From Klebsormidium nitens (taxonomy: Eukaryota > Plantae > Klebsormidiophyceae): a DNA stretch of 64,000 bases. Below are positions 13,080-24,980 of the stretch, in pieces. The position numbers and the translations under genes were made by a program. The stretch spans positions 62,001-126,000 of the forward strand of contig DF236962.1 in assembly GCA_000708835.1 (NCBI GenBank), read 5' to 3'. Numbering within the stretch: the stretch's first letter is position 1; each line of letters opens with the position of its first letter. The notes beneath the pieces are model-generated. The model saw only the letters and a list, made by a program, of their open reading frames with translations. It was not told the origin of the DNA and made no database searches.

Positions 13080-14757
13080 CAAGGTTCACCCCAAGCTTCT
13101 GTCTCTAAGTATAGCGTTCTGCTTAGGTCTTCAGGCAGAACTGTGCCTTTGAGAATGAGGACGAACGAGTTGCGTAATGACTAAGAGTTTGCAGAACAAA
13201 TCGACTTGATCGCAGGATTTGTAAGAGAGTCGCGCTCGTGCAGTTGTCCCGCAGGCCAAATCATATTTTTGACCGATAAGATCCTAGTCTGTCTCAAGTG
13301 CACGTTACAGCAGAGATTTAAGGCCCTAGAAACCAATACTTGTGTGGTCTTCTGGAAGAGTCTTACAACTGCATCTCGATAAGCGTCGGACCGTATCATT
13401 CTGATCATATATAGCATTTGCGTTCGTGCAAGCACAAGAAACTCAGTCCTGATTCGGAAGCTAGCACAAGTCTAAAAACGCCAAACTGTTCTACGTTCAT
13501 GCTTGAAGTTTTTCATATCTATTCCATCAATTCATCATTCAGGATGCGGTCCTGTGGGATTGATTCCTCCCATGTATCTGTGGGCATTGATGATGTCACC
13601 CAGCCCTCTTCTTTCTGACTGAGGTGCGCTGATAGATGCAGCAACGTATTTGTCGTGCGGCGTGCATGTCGAGCGATTGCAGTTGCGCACGATTGACACT
13701 ATGAGATTTTTCTAAAATCGAAAGCCGACCGGCGAGACGGGCGCGTGGTCTTTGCGCCTGATGGCGTAATCATGCACATGTACAGAATTTGAGAGCAACA
13801 TTCTGCCAACAGTCGTGTCTCAATCGAGTTATGTTTTGTGTTGTGCGTACTAAATGGCTTCTCTTATGAGGAGGTATCCGAAGATTGCGGCTCCATGTAT
13901 ATCGCAAGCAAGCATGGCATGATGGCCAAAGACTGTGTCCGATCGATAAACGTCTGCTGCAACAAATCATCATGCACCATCGCATGATGAAGCTTCATGT
14001 ACAAGGCTTTGACAATCACGGGCAAGACCAGAAAGTTCCATCATGGAATCTGGACACGATGTAGCAATCAGAATCTTGTTAGCAACTTAGACACATTGCG
14101 ATTCCAGACATTCTCTTGACGCGCAGTAACAAAGGCCTTTATGTCCGATCAGAAGTTGTTCGACTTTTGAGATCCCTGCAGCTAAAAATTAGAACCTCGC
14201 AACTAAAAATAGTCTTACAGAGGAGCGTTACATCCAAATCACTAGCAGCCCTGATCTGAACTTTTATTCAGGAACCTAAGCGAGTCCTTTTTCCGGGCTG
14301 ACGGTGCACGGCCTGCAGTAAAGAGAGCTACGAAGCGTATAAAAAGTTCCAGGAGATCGATCTGCAAAAGCATGCGATAGCAAGGGTTTCATCACGAGGG
14401 CGAATAGATGAGTAACAGTTGTGTGTGATCAGTTCGTTGGCACAAGATCAGAGTTGAAATCAGGGGCTTGCACGTTTTCTGAAGAGGTTGCTCAACACAT
14501 GGAAGAACCGGATGAAACGAAACAGAAAATGTTCAGGGATTTCGTTTTTTCTTTTGTTTTCGTTTTTTAAGTTTTTGTGGGTCATTTTTCTTGCGGCTGA
14601 TGTCAGTTCGTCGATCTGCATAAGTACTCGAGAGAAGTACTTGAGAGAAGAGAAAACAGTGGTTCAGCCTTGAGACCCTTCCCGATCTCAAGCATCCATC
14701 CTGCAATATGTGCCAGACACAAGTAAAGTGGTAAGCTTTCTGGTTAACAAAAAGAAT

Positions 14758-16599
14758 TCAGTCAGAATCAGAGATTGCCCCTCGACGGCTCGTCGGCAGC
14801 TTAATCATCTCGAGGGTCGCGTCGAGCGGGCCCAGGTTTTGACAGTCCTGCGGAGAGGAGACGACAGGCACGAAGGGGGGCGTCAGCTCTCTTCTCTCGA
14901 GGGCCCCCCAGTCGAAGCCGTGGAACCAGGGGTGGTCCCGGATCTCCTGCAGGCCCTTCTCGGCACCGATCCTGCGGTCGGGATCCTTCTCGAGCAACCG
15001 GGTGAGGAGGTCAGTAAGGTCAGGGGAGAGGTTATAAGTGGGGATAGAGACGGGTTTGGGGCCCCTGAGCGCAGCGAGGAGCTGCTTCCTGTCTTCTGAG
15101 TGGTCGTAGGGGTAGCTCCCGGTGATCACCTTCATCAGCACTGCACCGAGAGACCAGACGTCAGCGGTGAAGGTGTAACCAAACTGCAGGCTCTTCGCGA
15201 CCTCGGGGGCCATCGTACTGAGAGTGCCTGCAGAACCCCGGGCAACGCCGTGGTGGTTAGTCTTAACCAAGAGAGAGTTATCGATGAGTGTCGCATAACC
15301 GAGGTGATCCAACATGAAGTTGGCGGTCTTGATGTCCCGGTGCATGTGCCTCGTGCTGTGAATGTGGCTCACTGCAAGCACGAGACATGCGAGATAAAAC
15401 CGGGCGTCAGACTCAGAGAGGACGCGCGCGCGCGCCACGTGGCTGCTCGGAAGGCCGATCCTGTTCAAGAGAGTCGTGACAGAGCCTCCCGGAAGAAACT
15501 CCTGGAGGAAGAAAGTGGTGCGACCGTGACGTAAGGTACGAATGTGGCGGCAGATAAAGGGGCGAGCGTTAGAGGTCATGAACTCAGGGAAAGTCTCGGA
15601 ATCGAAGGGAACGGGTTTAGTCTGCGTGATGAGGTCAGCCATGAGACCCTCTTTCTGGGGGCAGTAGTTGGGGCTCGCCTGGTGGTCCACCTGCTTTAGC
15701 ACAAAGAAGCGGTCAGAGGGAAGGTGCTTAACCAAAGCGACAGCACCAAAGGAACCCCTCCCGAGCATCCTGACGACCTCAAAATCTGCGAGGTCTAAGT
15801 CGTCGAGGAGAGAGAGGCGGTCAGAGAGGGGAGCGGCGAAAATGTCAGCGAGAACGAGCTCTGCCACAGCCTCTGCAGAGATGAAGTAAACGATGACGTC
15901 AGATTCTGCGACGAACGCAGAACGAGACGGCTCCAAACCCCCGAAACCCTGTCCTGCGGTCAAGTCAAAGTCGGAGGGCACGATCAGAGGGTTATCGACC
16001 GAGAGGTTAAGCACAGAACCCTGAGCCAGGACAAAGACGCCAGTGCCTCCGCTGGGGCAGATGACGTCACCGGATGAAAAGGAGCGAATGCTAAAAGAGC
16101 CGATGATCGATTCCAGGGTGTTAAGATCCAGTGTATGCAGGGAAGGGACGGCTGAAAGGAGGGCTCTGCGGAGGGCAGTCTGGTCGAGAGGTGACGTCAG
16201 CATCTGAGGGAAAACGTCAGCAAAGTCAGGCACACCCTGGAAAGATACATCCGTGTCAAAGCTGGTTGTGCTGTCCTGAAAGTCGATGTAAGAGGAGGGA
16301 GTAGGAGGTGAGGTGACGTCAGCAGTGGAGCAATCAGGAAGTGCAAACTCAGGGATGGTCACCGGCTGAAGAAGAGGTGTGAGAGCGGAAGTAATAGGGC
16401 GGGCTATAGGCCTCAAGGAAGAGGGGTGGACAGCAGGGGAGTCACACAAAATGTTAGCAAGTCCCCTGTTGCTCAAGTACAAAGCAGCAGGGACACGCGG
16501 AGCACCTTGAGTGGCCCTCCTACTGAAGGGACGGGACAGAGTCGAGAAGCCAGCACACGCTACAGATCCTACCGCTGAAAAAACAGCGCTGAAAGCCAT
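14758..16599 (-). CDS. Intronless AGC-family (PKG/PKA-like) Ser/Thr kinase with degenerate cNMP-binding domain; DFG replaced by DNS
   Basis: 613-aa ORF with LGRGSFGAV, VLK, HRDIKTAN, APE, DVWSLG and AGC tail HPWFHGFDW...PPFVP. Upstream cNMP-like segment (SFSSGDVI...VFVLAQGSV...GQGFGGLEPSRSA). Confidence 0.88.
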   Translation of the reverse strand: MAFSAVFSAVGSVACAGFSTLSRPFSRRATQGAPRVPAALYLSNRGLANILCDSPAVHPSSLRPIARPITSALTPLLQPVTIPEFALPDCSTADVTSPPTPSSYIDFQDSTTSFDTDVSFQGVPDFADVFPQMLTSPLDQTALRRALLSAVPSLHTLDLNTLESIIGSFSIRSFSSGDVICPSGGTGVFVLAQGSVLNLSVDNPLIVPSDFDLTAGQGFGGLEPSRSAFVAESDVIVYFISAEAVAELVLADIFAAPLSDRLSLLDDLDLADFEVVRMLGRGSFGAVALVKHLPSDRFFVLKQVDHQASPNYCPQKEGLMADLITQTKPVPFDSETFPEFMTSNARPFICRHIRTLRHGRTTFFLQEFLPGGSVTTLLNRIGLPSSHVARARVLSESDARFYLACLVLAVSHIHSTRHMHRDIKTANFMLDHLGYATLIDNSLLVKTNHHGVARGSAGTLSTMAPEVAKSLQFGYTFTADVWSLGAVLMKVITGSYPYDHSEDRKQLLAALRGPKPVSIPTYNLSPDLTDLLTRLLEKDPDRRIGAEKGLQEIRDHPWFHGFDWGALERRELTPPFVPVVSSPQDCQNLGPLDATLEMIKLPTSRRGAISDSD

Positions 16600-17225
16600 T
16601 CTCTGAAAGACCCTCGCCCTTTAAAACGGAAGATGCTCTGAGAAAATTCTCAGATGTAGACCAAAGTGAAAAGGATTATACTGGGACCTTCGTGAGAGAG
16701 TGTACGCTGTGTAAAGAGAATGTGAAGCAAAGCTGAACTTTGCTTCTATTTTCTCTTTAGTCGTTCTTGAATTTCTTCTGCTCCTTCTTGTTTCCTGTAA
16801 GAGTAAGATATTCAAAGAGAAGAGAGTCGTTCCGTATCTCACTAAAAGAGAGAATAGATAGCAGAAAGGAGGAAGAACTGACTCTGTTTTTACGTGTTTT
16901 CATTTTTGTTCTGTTTTTGTTTCGTTTTGTCTTCTTTTTTCCCTTTATTACCCTTTTGAAAAAGTGATTTTCTACCTCTGTTCTAAACAAGCAACAGCTT
17001 AGCAAACAAGAACTTCAGACAAACACAAGAAGGGACCCAAAGAACGAAACAACAGCGCAAGATTGTCAGCAAGGTTCAGTTGCTTCTCCTTTTCTTTTGA
17101 TCTCCCTTGCTTCTGACTCTCTTCGGATTCGCTCAACTCCTTGGTCGCCTGCAGAATGCTCTCTGAGAATCTTCAGCAGCAGAAGAAAGGGCTTGTCTTG
17201 AGTCTGTCAGAATTCCAACACTTCG

Positions 17226-17296
17226 CTCTTTTCTCTCTCTCTCTCTCTCCCTCTTTTTCTCTCTCTCTCTCTGTCTCTCTCTCGCGCTCTCTCTTT
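17226..17296. repeat. Interrupted (CT)n microsatellite
   Basis: Directly visible ctctct runs. Confidence 0.9.
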
Positions 17297-17639
17297 CGGC
17301 CCTCTCGACCTGCAGAAAGGAAGTCGCTTCTCTTTATCTTGATCGCCTGCAAGCAGTCGCCTCCTGACAGCCTGGAGCGCTCCACAGAAACGCCTCGATC
17401 TGCAATCAGAAGAAGATGAGAAGTGACAACTTTCTCTCGGATTTGAATTCGCTTGTATCTGCATCAATCTATAAGCTATTGAGATTAGGATTGGGGCACC
17501 GGCCTGCTGACTTGGCGAAGGAATGTCCAGATTTTGAATCAGAACCTTTGAAATGTCCATGTGGCTAGGGCCCAAGACTCGATGCGCTCCACGTGTGCTT
17601 CCGTTGGATTGCGGCCGCCTGGCCCCACCTAATCAGGGT

Positions 17640-17890
17640 TTAAGAACGTCTGGTGCCGCGGGCGGCGCGCGCAGGCTTTGCGGCGGACGCGGGGCCGGCG
17701 AGGCCGCGGCCGGGCTTCCTGTAACGAAGACGCGGCCGCTCCCAGCGTGTAGCTTATCGCTCAGTGAGGCGGTGGCGGCCGCGCCGCCCACGGTTCGCCT
17801 AGTCCAACGCGGCCGCACCCGGCCACTGCGCTCGTCACGTCATGATGCGGCCGCCGCCTGCCTGTCCGCTCGAGCCCTAGCCTAGCCTGT
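17640..17890. promoter_or_regulatory. GC/CpG-rich island, candidate promoter
   Basis: Very GC-rich; four GCGGCCGC octamers at 17732, 17775, 17809 and 17847. Confidence 0.4.
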
Positions 17891-19352
17891 CCGAGATATT
17901 GAGGCAGCAGGGAGGCAGCCATGCAATCCTCGGCCGCTCATGGGCTTGCCAAGTTAGCCCCCCAAAGGGTGGGCGCCGGCCTGCCCACGCCTAGCTGAAG
18001 GGACGGGTTGGAGGTCGCCTCTCAAAACGCACAGGAGTACGTTACAAACGGTGGCCTGCTTGACGCCTGGTCAACGGTAGAATCATCCTCCTGGGAACGG
18101 TGAAGGGGTGGCTAAATGGTTCCCAACAGAAATCTGATTGGAGCGGGCTGTTGGAGGGACTCTCGGGATCAAATTGAAGAAACCAGCCAAGATTTCGCCA
18201 GACGCTCTACTCAGACACGTCGCGACTTTTTACCTTACCCGGTCAAATGCTCGCGCTTGGTCGCTGAAGACTCTCAGTTTCGCCTCTCATGCATTTTCGC
18301 AACAACTTCCTTCGTCTGAGCCACAAACGCAAGGAGCAATGATTTGCGTCCTTGTTATACTTCTGGTGGCTTTTCGAAAAGTAACGCCCGACATTCTACT
18401 TGGACTATAGCTGGCTTGTTTAAAGCTTACGTGTCTAGCAAGACCAGTGGTTGTGACGTGACAGGGGTTTAGGAAGGTGCACTCTCGTGCGAGAATCAGG
18501 CTGGAGGCTGGAGGCATGCTCCCGCCTGCCAGTATGATTTACCAAAAGGTTACAAGAACGCGCATGCACACGTTGTTTCACGGCGCGCCGTTCATGCAGG
18601 TGAAATGTTCTTCTCTTACGCTATTTCTTGTCAAAGGTCTCGATTGCGGTCATCTGCGGCAGTGACGGCGTTACCGGTATCTTCGAACGTACAAGAGGCG
18701 CGCGGCGAACCGCCGCAAAGGGCCCCACCAGAGCCAGCACAAGCAAGCCGGAGGGAGCAAAGTAGCCTCTCGCTAGCACCGGTAGGTTTAGGCTGCTAAT
18801 CAGATATATTACAGGGACAATCAACCGTGGTTTCACCTTTCCAAAAGGCTGTCACCGCCCAACCACTTCCTAGCCAGACTACACTCAGCCATAAAAATCC
18901 ATGCATAATATCATAAATCACTGTGGCTCGCCGTCGTGCAAACAACATGGCCATTAGCTTCTCTGATCGTTCCCCCATCTGTATATAAGGGTAATTTCTC
19001 ACCTTCGAAGTTCGATATTCGATTACCAGATTTGACTACTAGCAAATAAGGACGATCAATCGCCAGACCGACACGATCGGGTGGATCGAAGATTACGGCC
19101 TCGGAATCATCCCTGCCAACTCAGTTGTCACATCTACTAAACTCGTCACCGTATAACAGAAGTTGCTGAGTAAAATCGTCCCCTCCGTGCACGGTCGCGG
19201 GGGTTTCAAGAATAGCAATGCACTCTGCATCTGCAGTGCCGCGCCCAAAGGGCCAAGAAAAATCAGGCCGGCGCGATTCATAACGGATCGTTAGCGGTTT
19301 TCTCAGGCAGCAGGCGCCAATGATCATTGAAGTATACAAGGCGTAAGAAGAA

Positions 19353-20417
19353 ATGAAAACAACAAGCGCCGAAGACGTTCCGCTTTGCAGAAGGAAAGAG
19401 ACGGAGCCCACATGTACACGTTCAAGTTTGGCCGAGGAATCTGTATGTTTGCGGCGGGATTCAAGAAGCGCCTTCAAGTCTCGCCTCAGGCAGCCTTCTG
19501 AATGGGGTAAGCACAGGCCACCTGATTGTCAAGGAGAAGCGAGAGGTTAGCTGCGGGTTTGCGGTTTGTCAAGATGCATTTATGCTGCACTTTAAAATGC
19601 TGGCATCCGGAGCGAAAATGAAAACTTGGAGACGGAGGAGGATCCTGGCTTTCATGGGCCCCAGGTTTTGAATCGCCGCAAAACAGGTCTGCAAATACGG
19701 GGTTTGCCGGAGAGAAATTTCCAGAGCGGGACGAGCGAAGTAAGCCTTCGCAATTCAAGCAAAACCATCATCTCATCTCCGTTGCCAAGCTGGCTTTCCT
19801 CGCGGATGCAGGCTGAGGAAGGAGTCGTCCAAACTGGTTTCGACACGTGGCCAGAAGAGGACGACGAAACTTTCGATGTCTCAAGGCCCACTGGTTCTCG
19901 GACCCGGGGGTTTGCCTCTCCTCAGAAAACTAGATTTGCTGCGGTCCCTTTGGAAGATAACGAGATCTCTTCGGAGAATTGGCTGGAAAAGTGTAGATCT
20001 GCATCCCGGCAGGGAGAGCTCATGAGAAGCCGAAGCTCGTCTTTTGACTCCCATTCGCACCCAGTTGGTAGCCCCACGAATTTAGAGTACTGGGGGGACG
20101 AGCTGGGCTTTGCACCCGGGGAAGAAACCCCAGACGTGACCGGTTCACGGGAAAGCTTCTGGACTGATACTAAGGTGGAAGACGAAGAAGCAACTTGGAA
20201 GGAGGAAGCTCCGGCCAGGGGAAAGGAAAGGCAGTGGTTGAGGCGTCGTCTTCCGGGGGGGAAGTCTGTTAAAATTGCTCTGGCTGATGGTGGGGGAAAG
20301 TATGCCTCTGTAGAAAAGGCGGAGGGCAGGGTTGTACAGAGCATCATACGGTTTGGAAAGAAGCCGACGCTTATGCTGGTCTACGCGCGGCTTATGGCAC
20401 TTGAACCTGTGAACTAA
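19353..20417 (+). CDS. Orphan protein A (paralog of 22980-23929)
   Basis: Exon 19353-19506, phase-1 intron (gtaagc..aaacag), exon 19687-20417. Shares SPLP..MQAE, RRLPGG and C-terminal beta-rich motifs with protein B. Confidence 0.55.
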
Positions 20418-22204
20418 GGTGAGGTACAGAAGCAGAAAGATGTACCAATTCAATTGTCCACACGCGAAATTTTGCTTCTAAAAATGCTTTGTAAAGGATC
20501 TGGTGATCTAGCCTAAACAGACAGGATACCCAACATGATATTCTGTTGTTATACTTCACAATTCTTTTTCTGTGGACAGATTCTTGCACAAAAAGCTGGT
20601 AATTGCAATCCGCCCATGTGTTGAGACACTAAGTTCTCTGAAAACCTGCTTGCTACTATTCTGTGATGATCTTGGAGGCGTGTACGGAGGGTATAACAAT
20701 AGATATGCAATGATACCCTTCTCGAATCTTCTTCTATTGTCACCAGTCACTCAAGGGATCCCTTTGATTTCAAACCGTCTTGGCTCCCCGCCGCGGCTTC
20801 GACCAAACGGCTCAGGAGCTCGAATCGCCTAGCACGACAAGTAACCAATGCTACAGAAACCGGAAAGCTTTCGTTTGGGCGAAAATTGCTGAGTCCCTTG
20901 TCATTGCCCATTGTGATTGCACGTTTTGCCGGCGTGGCAGGAGATAAGTACTTTGGTGGCCCTTTCAAAGATTCATACCGACGTGTGCAGCCGGTTCAGT
21001 TCTTTCGTAAGAATCCCAGATCCAATGAAAAGCGTCTCATAGAATCTCTCCTTGTACACGGTGTTTTTAAAGGTGCAACGCGGACCGTGTATGTTTGAGT
21101 GTATCCTGACACGGAGCTTCTGACGTTCGTAACACGTGCAGGCATGGCAGAGCGTGTATAGGATATTCTCGACGGGATGAGAAGAGAAAGACAGGAACCT
21201 TGGGAATCCTTTCACTCGGCAGGACGCTCAGCGGCTAACAAAGCAGATTCTTTAGCGAGCAACGTCCAAGAGCGAGGTCTAGTTTTATGTGCATGGTTTG
21301 GACCTGGGGTGTAGTCGTCAAAACCGGGGATGCAGATTGAAGTCAAAGATACATTCCACAAGAGTGTCGTTTGGATCATTTGGAATGACTGAATGGAAGA
21401 GTGGATAGAGTGAGTGTTCTCGGATTAACTGTTCGTTGCTGGTATTATTGGGCTTGGCGATAATAGGTCCGGCAGACTCTTTTTTGATCCCTGCGTCAGC
21501 ATGAAGTAAATACTTGCAAGAAGATGCTATAGTCGAGATTTACAAGTAGGCCCTGAGCAGGATGTTGGTTTCAAACTGTGCCGATGTACGATCCACTTTG
21601 TAAAGCGTTGAGATTGAAACAGAGTTTCACATCCAGAGTGCAACACTCGGACTTCCCGGATTCTTCATGGGCTCTGTGGAATGCAAGGGAAATCGTGACA
21701 TAGCACCTGCTCCATAGCCTGGATTATTGACAACGGTTCATTCGATGGTTGCACTTAGCTACCGATGTAATCCAGCCCTTTTGATCAGAAGGTCCAAGCT
21801 TTATACTTGCACAACATGTTGAATGATGGGCAGTCTCGTGCACTTCTTTCAGGGCACGCACTTACTCGGCCGTTATTGTCACCTCTTTTATGAGTGTCAG
21901 ATTAGAAAACAAGGCTTTACTAAGGGCGCGGATCCGCTGCGGTGGTTGCCAAAATGCGGGAAAATGAAAACGTGGACTTCAGGACAGAATGATCGCGGCT
22001 GCCAGAATCAAAGCGCGACCAAGGCACAAGCCCAAACCAGAACTTTTAAAGTTGGATTGATTGGCTTAATTCGTCGCACCGTTAGATCCAGGAAGGTGAA
22101 TAAAGCCACAAATTTGAGTCCGCGCCCGCAGATTCAGCTCGCGACGAGATGAATAAGGGACGCGTCCCGGTCCGAACCGAGACGAGTCACTGCTCCTACA
22201 ATCT

Positions 22205-22214
22205 GCCACGTGGC
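22205..22214. promoter_or_regulatory. Perfect G-box decamer GCCACGTGGC
   Basis: Palindrome ~770 bp upstream of the orphan B ATG; function untested. Confidence 0.25.
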
Positions 22215-22979
22215 ACGTTGAGCATTACACGGTCGGGACGAGCTTGCTTTTGAGCCACTTAGAATCAAGCCGCAGCCATTGGCCATTCTGCAGAACGGGC
22301 ATGTCAATCAAGGCAAGACGAGGGAGAAAGAAGGCCCGCGAAAGGCGTCTCTCTTGGAGGTTTGTCCCTCCCTATTTCGATCGTTGCTGCTGCTTCTGCC
22401 GCCATGCGCGTCTGCCGCCGCGCCCCCGACTCCGTGCGCGGCGGGCCGCGCGCGCTTTCCAACCCGTTCGAGTGAGCATCGGTCACCTCGAATCCCTTGG
22501 AACCTCCGTCCCGCAATCTGCTGCAAGTCGGGGGGGTCAACCGATGTGGCCGTCAGGTGCCCTTTCGACACCTCGGCTGGGAGGAAAGCCTAGAAATTGG
22601 GCCGGTTATTGGGGCGACACCATCGAACCAGATTGACTGAGGTTTGGTCTCCTTCGGGATGGAGTGTCTTCGACGTGTGTTGTTTGCTTGAGCAAGCCGT
22701 TGAAACTAGGGAACCGGATCATGATACACTGGCAGGCCTGACGCCAAAAGCGCGGATCGACCATGTTCATCTGTTCCAACATTCCATCAGCAGGCCCGGG
22801 AGTCGAAAAAGAGGGATCAGTCGCTATCAGTTCCGCCAAGTGCGTCCGCTAACGATGACGTGGGCTGTGGCGAAGGATCGGCTCTTACACAGGCCTTTGC
22901 TTGAGCAGCAACACATGCAACCCAGCTAAAGAGGCAGTTCTATCCGCATGACCTGAAAAGCAACGCCTGGCGCTCCCTG

Positions 22980-23929
22980 ATGTCAAGCGGAGGCCGCTCG
23001 GTTGACTGGGGGCTAGCGAAGGCAGTCAAGAAGCTTCTCTGTTGCTTTTCGGGTGACTCTCGACAGGAGTTTGAGGACGCAAAAACAGACGAGAAGCCTG
23101 TCGCTGTCCTGTGCGTTATGCGGAAGAGGCGTCCGTTTCAAAAGGTGGCGGAACCGGGAACCTGCAGAACTCAATCTGGGCTTTGCTCCCTGAGAGATGT
23201 TTCTGGAGCAAGACAAGCGGACTGACAGGTAACGGATCTAATCCCACCTTCCGCTCTCCATTACCAGCCAGCCGCCTTACCACCCCCATGCAAGCTGACG
23301 AGCGAAGTACCCAGTCTGGTGAGGACGCGTGTGAAGGTCACGCGAGGAGAGGTGACGAGTCCGGCTGGGCTGCTCGTCTTCCGAAACGCATATGCTTTTG
23401 TATCGCCCCTCCTCCGAAAGTGTTCTCTGCAGTGTCCTTGACGCTAGACGAACCCCACCTTCAGCAGAGGTCAAAAAAACTGAGGTCAGATTCTCGACAG
23501 GTCGGCAAAGGGGCAGATGTCGATACGAGCTTGGGTTCGTCTGTTGGAACAGAACTGGGAATCAGCTGCCCAGTTTACGAACACAGTATCTCGAACAGCT
23601 TGACAGTTCCGGAGCCGGAAGGGTGCAGCCCAGTGGTTCGAGAACCAGATTTGCCAGAGCAAACAGATTTAGAGCAACATACGTGCTTCCAACTAGGGCA
23701 AGGGTGGCAGAAAAAAAGATCCTCAGAGTACCCAGCACGACGTATCTTTGGAGGGAGCAAAGGGCAGCAGGCTCTGGAAAAGGGGGATTGGCTGGCGGTG
23801 GGCGAGCTGAGCTTGATCACTGTGAGAAGATTCGAGTGCACGGTTGAAGAGAAGGTGATGTACGCGGGTGGTGAACCGACCACTGTGACCGTCTACACGA
23901 ACCCTTTAGGAGGGGATCCGGCAGAATAG
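22980..23929 (+). CDS. Orphan protein B (paralog of 19353-20417)
   Basis: Probable exon 22980-23052 (phase 1) and exon 23229-23929 within the 272-aa ORF; motif similarity to protein A. Confidence 0.55.
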
Positions 23930-24980
23930 GGTGGGCACTGGAAAACCCATCTGCAGTGGAGCTAGATTGGGTACTCTTGCTGAGCCTTCTCTACGAAACT
24001 GGTGATTGTGGCGAGGAGTACGTTCAGGAACTGTGCTGTGAGAGCCTGCCAGCTGTTCTCAGCATGGTCGAACGTGTGAGGAACACGAGAACGGACTCCG
24101 ACAAAATCCTGTCTCGAACTTCCAAGCTCATCCTCTTTGATACGAATGGGTCTTGCTGAGTAGCCAATCGGACGATACTGCAAAACCTAGAAAGCAGAGC
24201 TTGATTTGTGCTCTGACTTTAGTGCAATTAGAGATGCTCATGTTGTCTCCGTGCAGAGGTGGCTTGTGGGGGTCACAAAGCACGAGCGGAAGTGCAGTAA
24301 AGGCTGGCACCGCGCAGATGCGCGCAGCCGCGCTCAGCAGTAGATAATTGCCGTCTGTCTGACGACGTTAGAAAAACATCTCGAGTTCTGGCTTTAGTTC
24401 AAATCTTTCGTCTTGTCAATTAAGTCAGAATGCAGCTGGTGCCTAGTATTGCAAAGCCACAGTATAATCCTCTACGAATCGGAGTTTTATGCGTATTAGC
24501 TAGAACCGCAAACATGTGCATTTTACGGACCGGCCAGCTCGCTGCAGTCCAGTCACTACGGTGCTGTCGTCGGTTAACATGCATGCATGAAGGACACTAG
24601 GCAGAAGACGTGCCTGCCGCGCCCATGCACAACCAATTTAGCCCTCCCGGATTGCACCATGCACAACCAATTTCACGTACTGTATGCCCCAGTTTCCAGA
24701 TCCAGGAACATGCTACATTCATATTTAGCAGATTCTGTGATATATATGTCGCACGCAAGCTAATATGTCGATGAAGGTCATCGAACTCACCGGAGTACAC
24801 AAAGCAGTATGTATATTTAAAATCAAACTCGCTATAACACATTTCATGTGCTTGTGATTCAATCAGCAAGAGCTCTTTTGCTGGCCGAACAATGCAACTA
24901 CCAGATTGCATTCAATCAGCAATTGATTGAACCAAGTAAGAAACAGTCCAACGCTTGACTCTGATGTGTCCGAGCAAGTA

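Noticed and set aside
18138-18410. 90-aa ORF downstream of the GC island
   Set aside because: No homology or splice support visible.
23930-24159. Stop-codon readthrough or splicing of orphan B into the plus-strand ORF 23956-24159
   Set aside because: It needs readthrough of TAG plus a 26-nt intron, far shorter than other introns here. An equally plausible antisense ORF (23962-24183) overlaps it, so neither is supported.
24597-24911. Extra 3' exon of the GEM-like gene
   Set aside because: Phase would fit, but the region is AT-rich and UTR-like and the in-frame TAA at 24981 is a simpler end.
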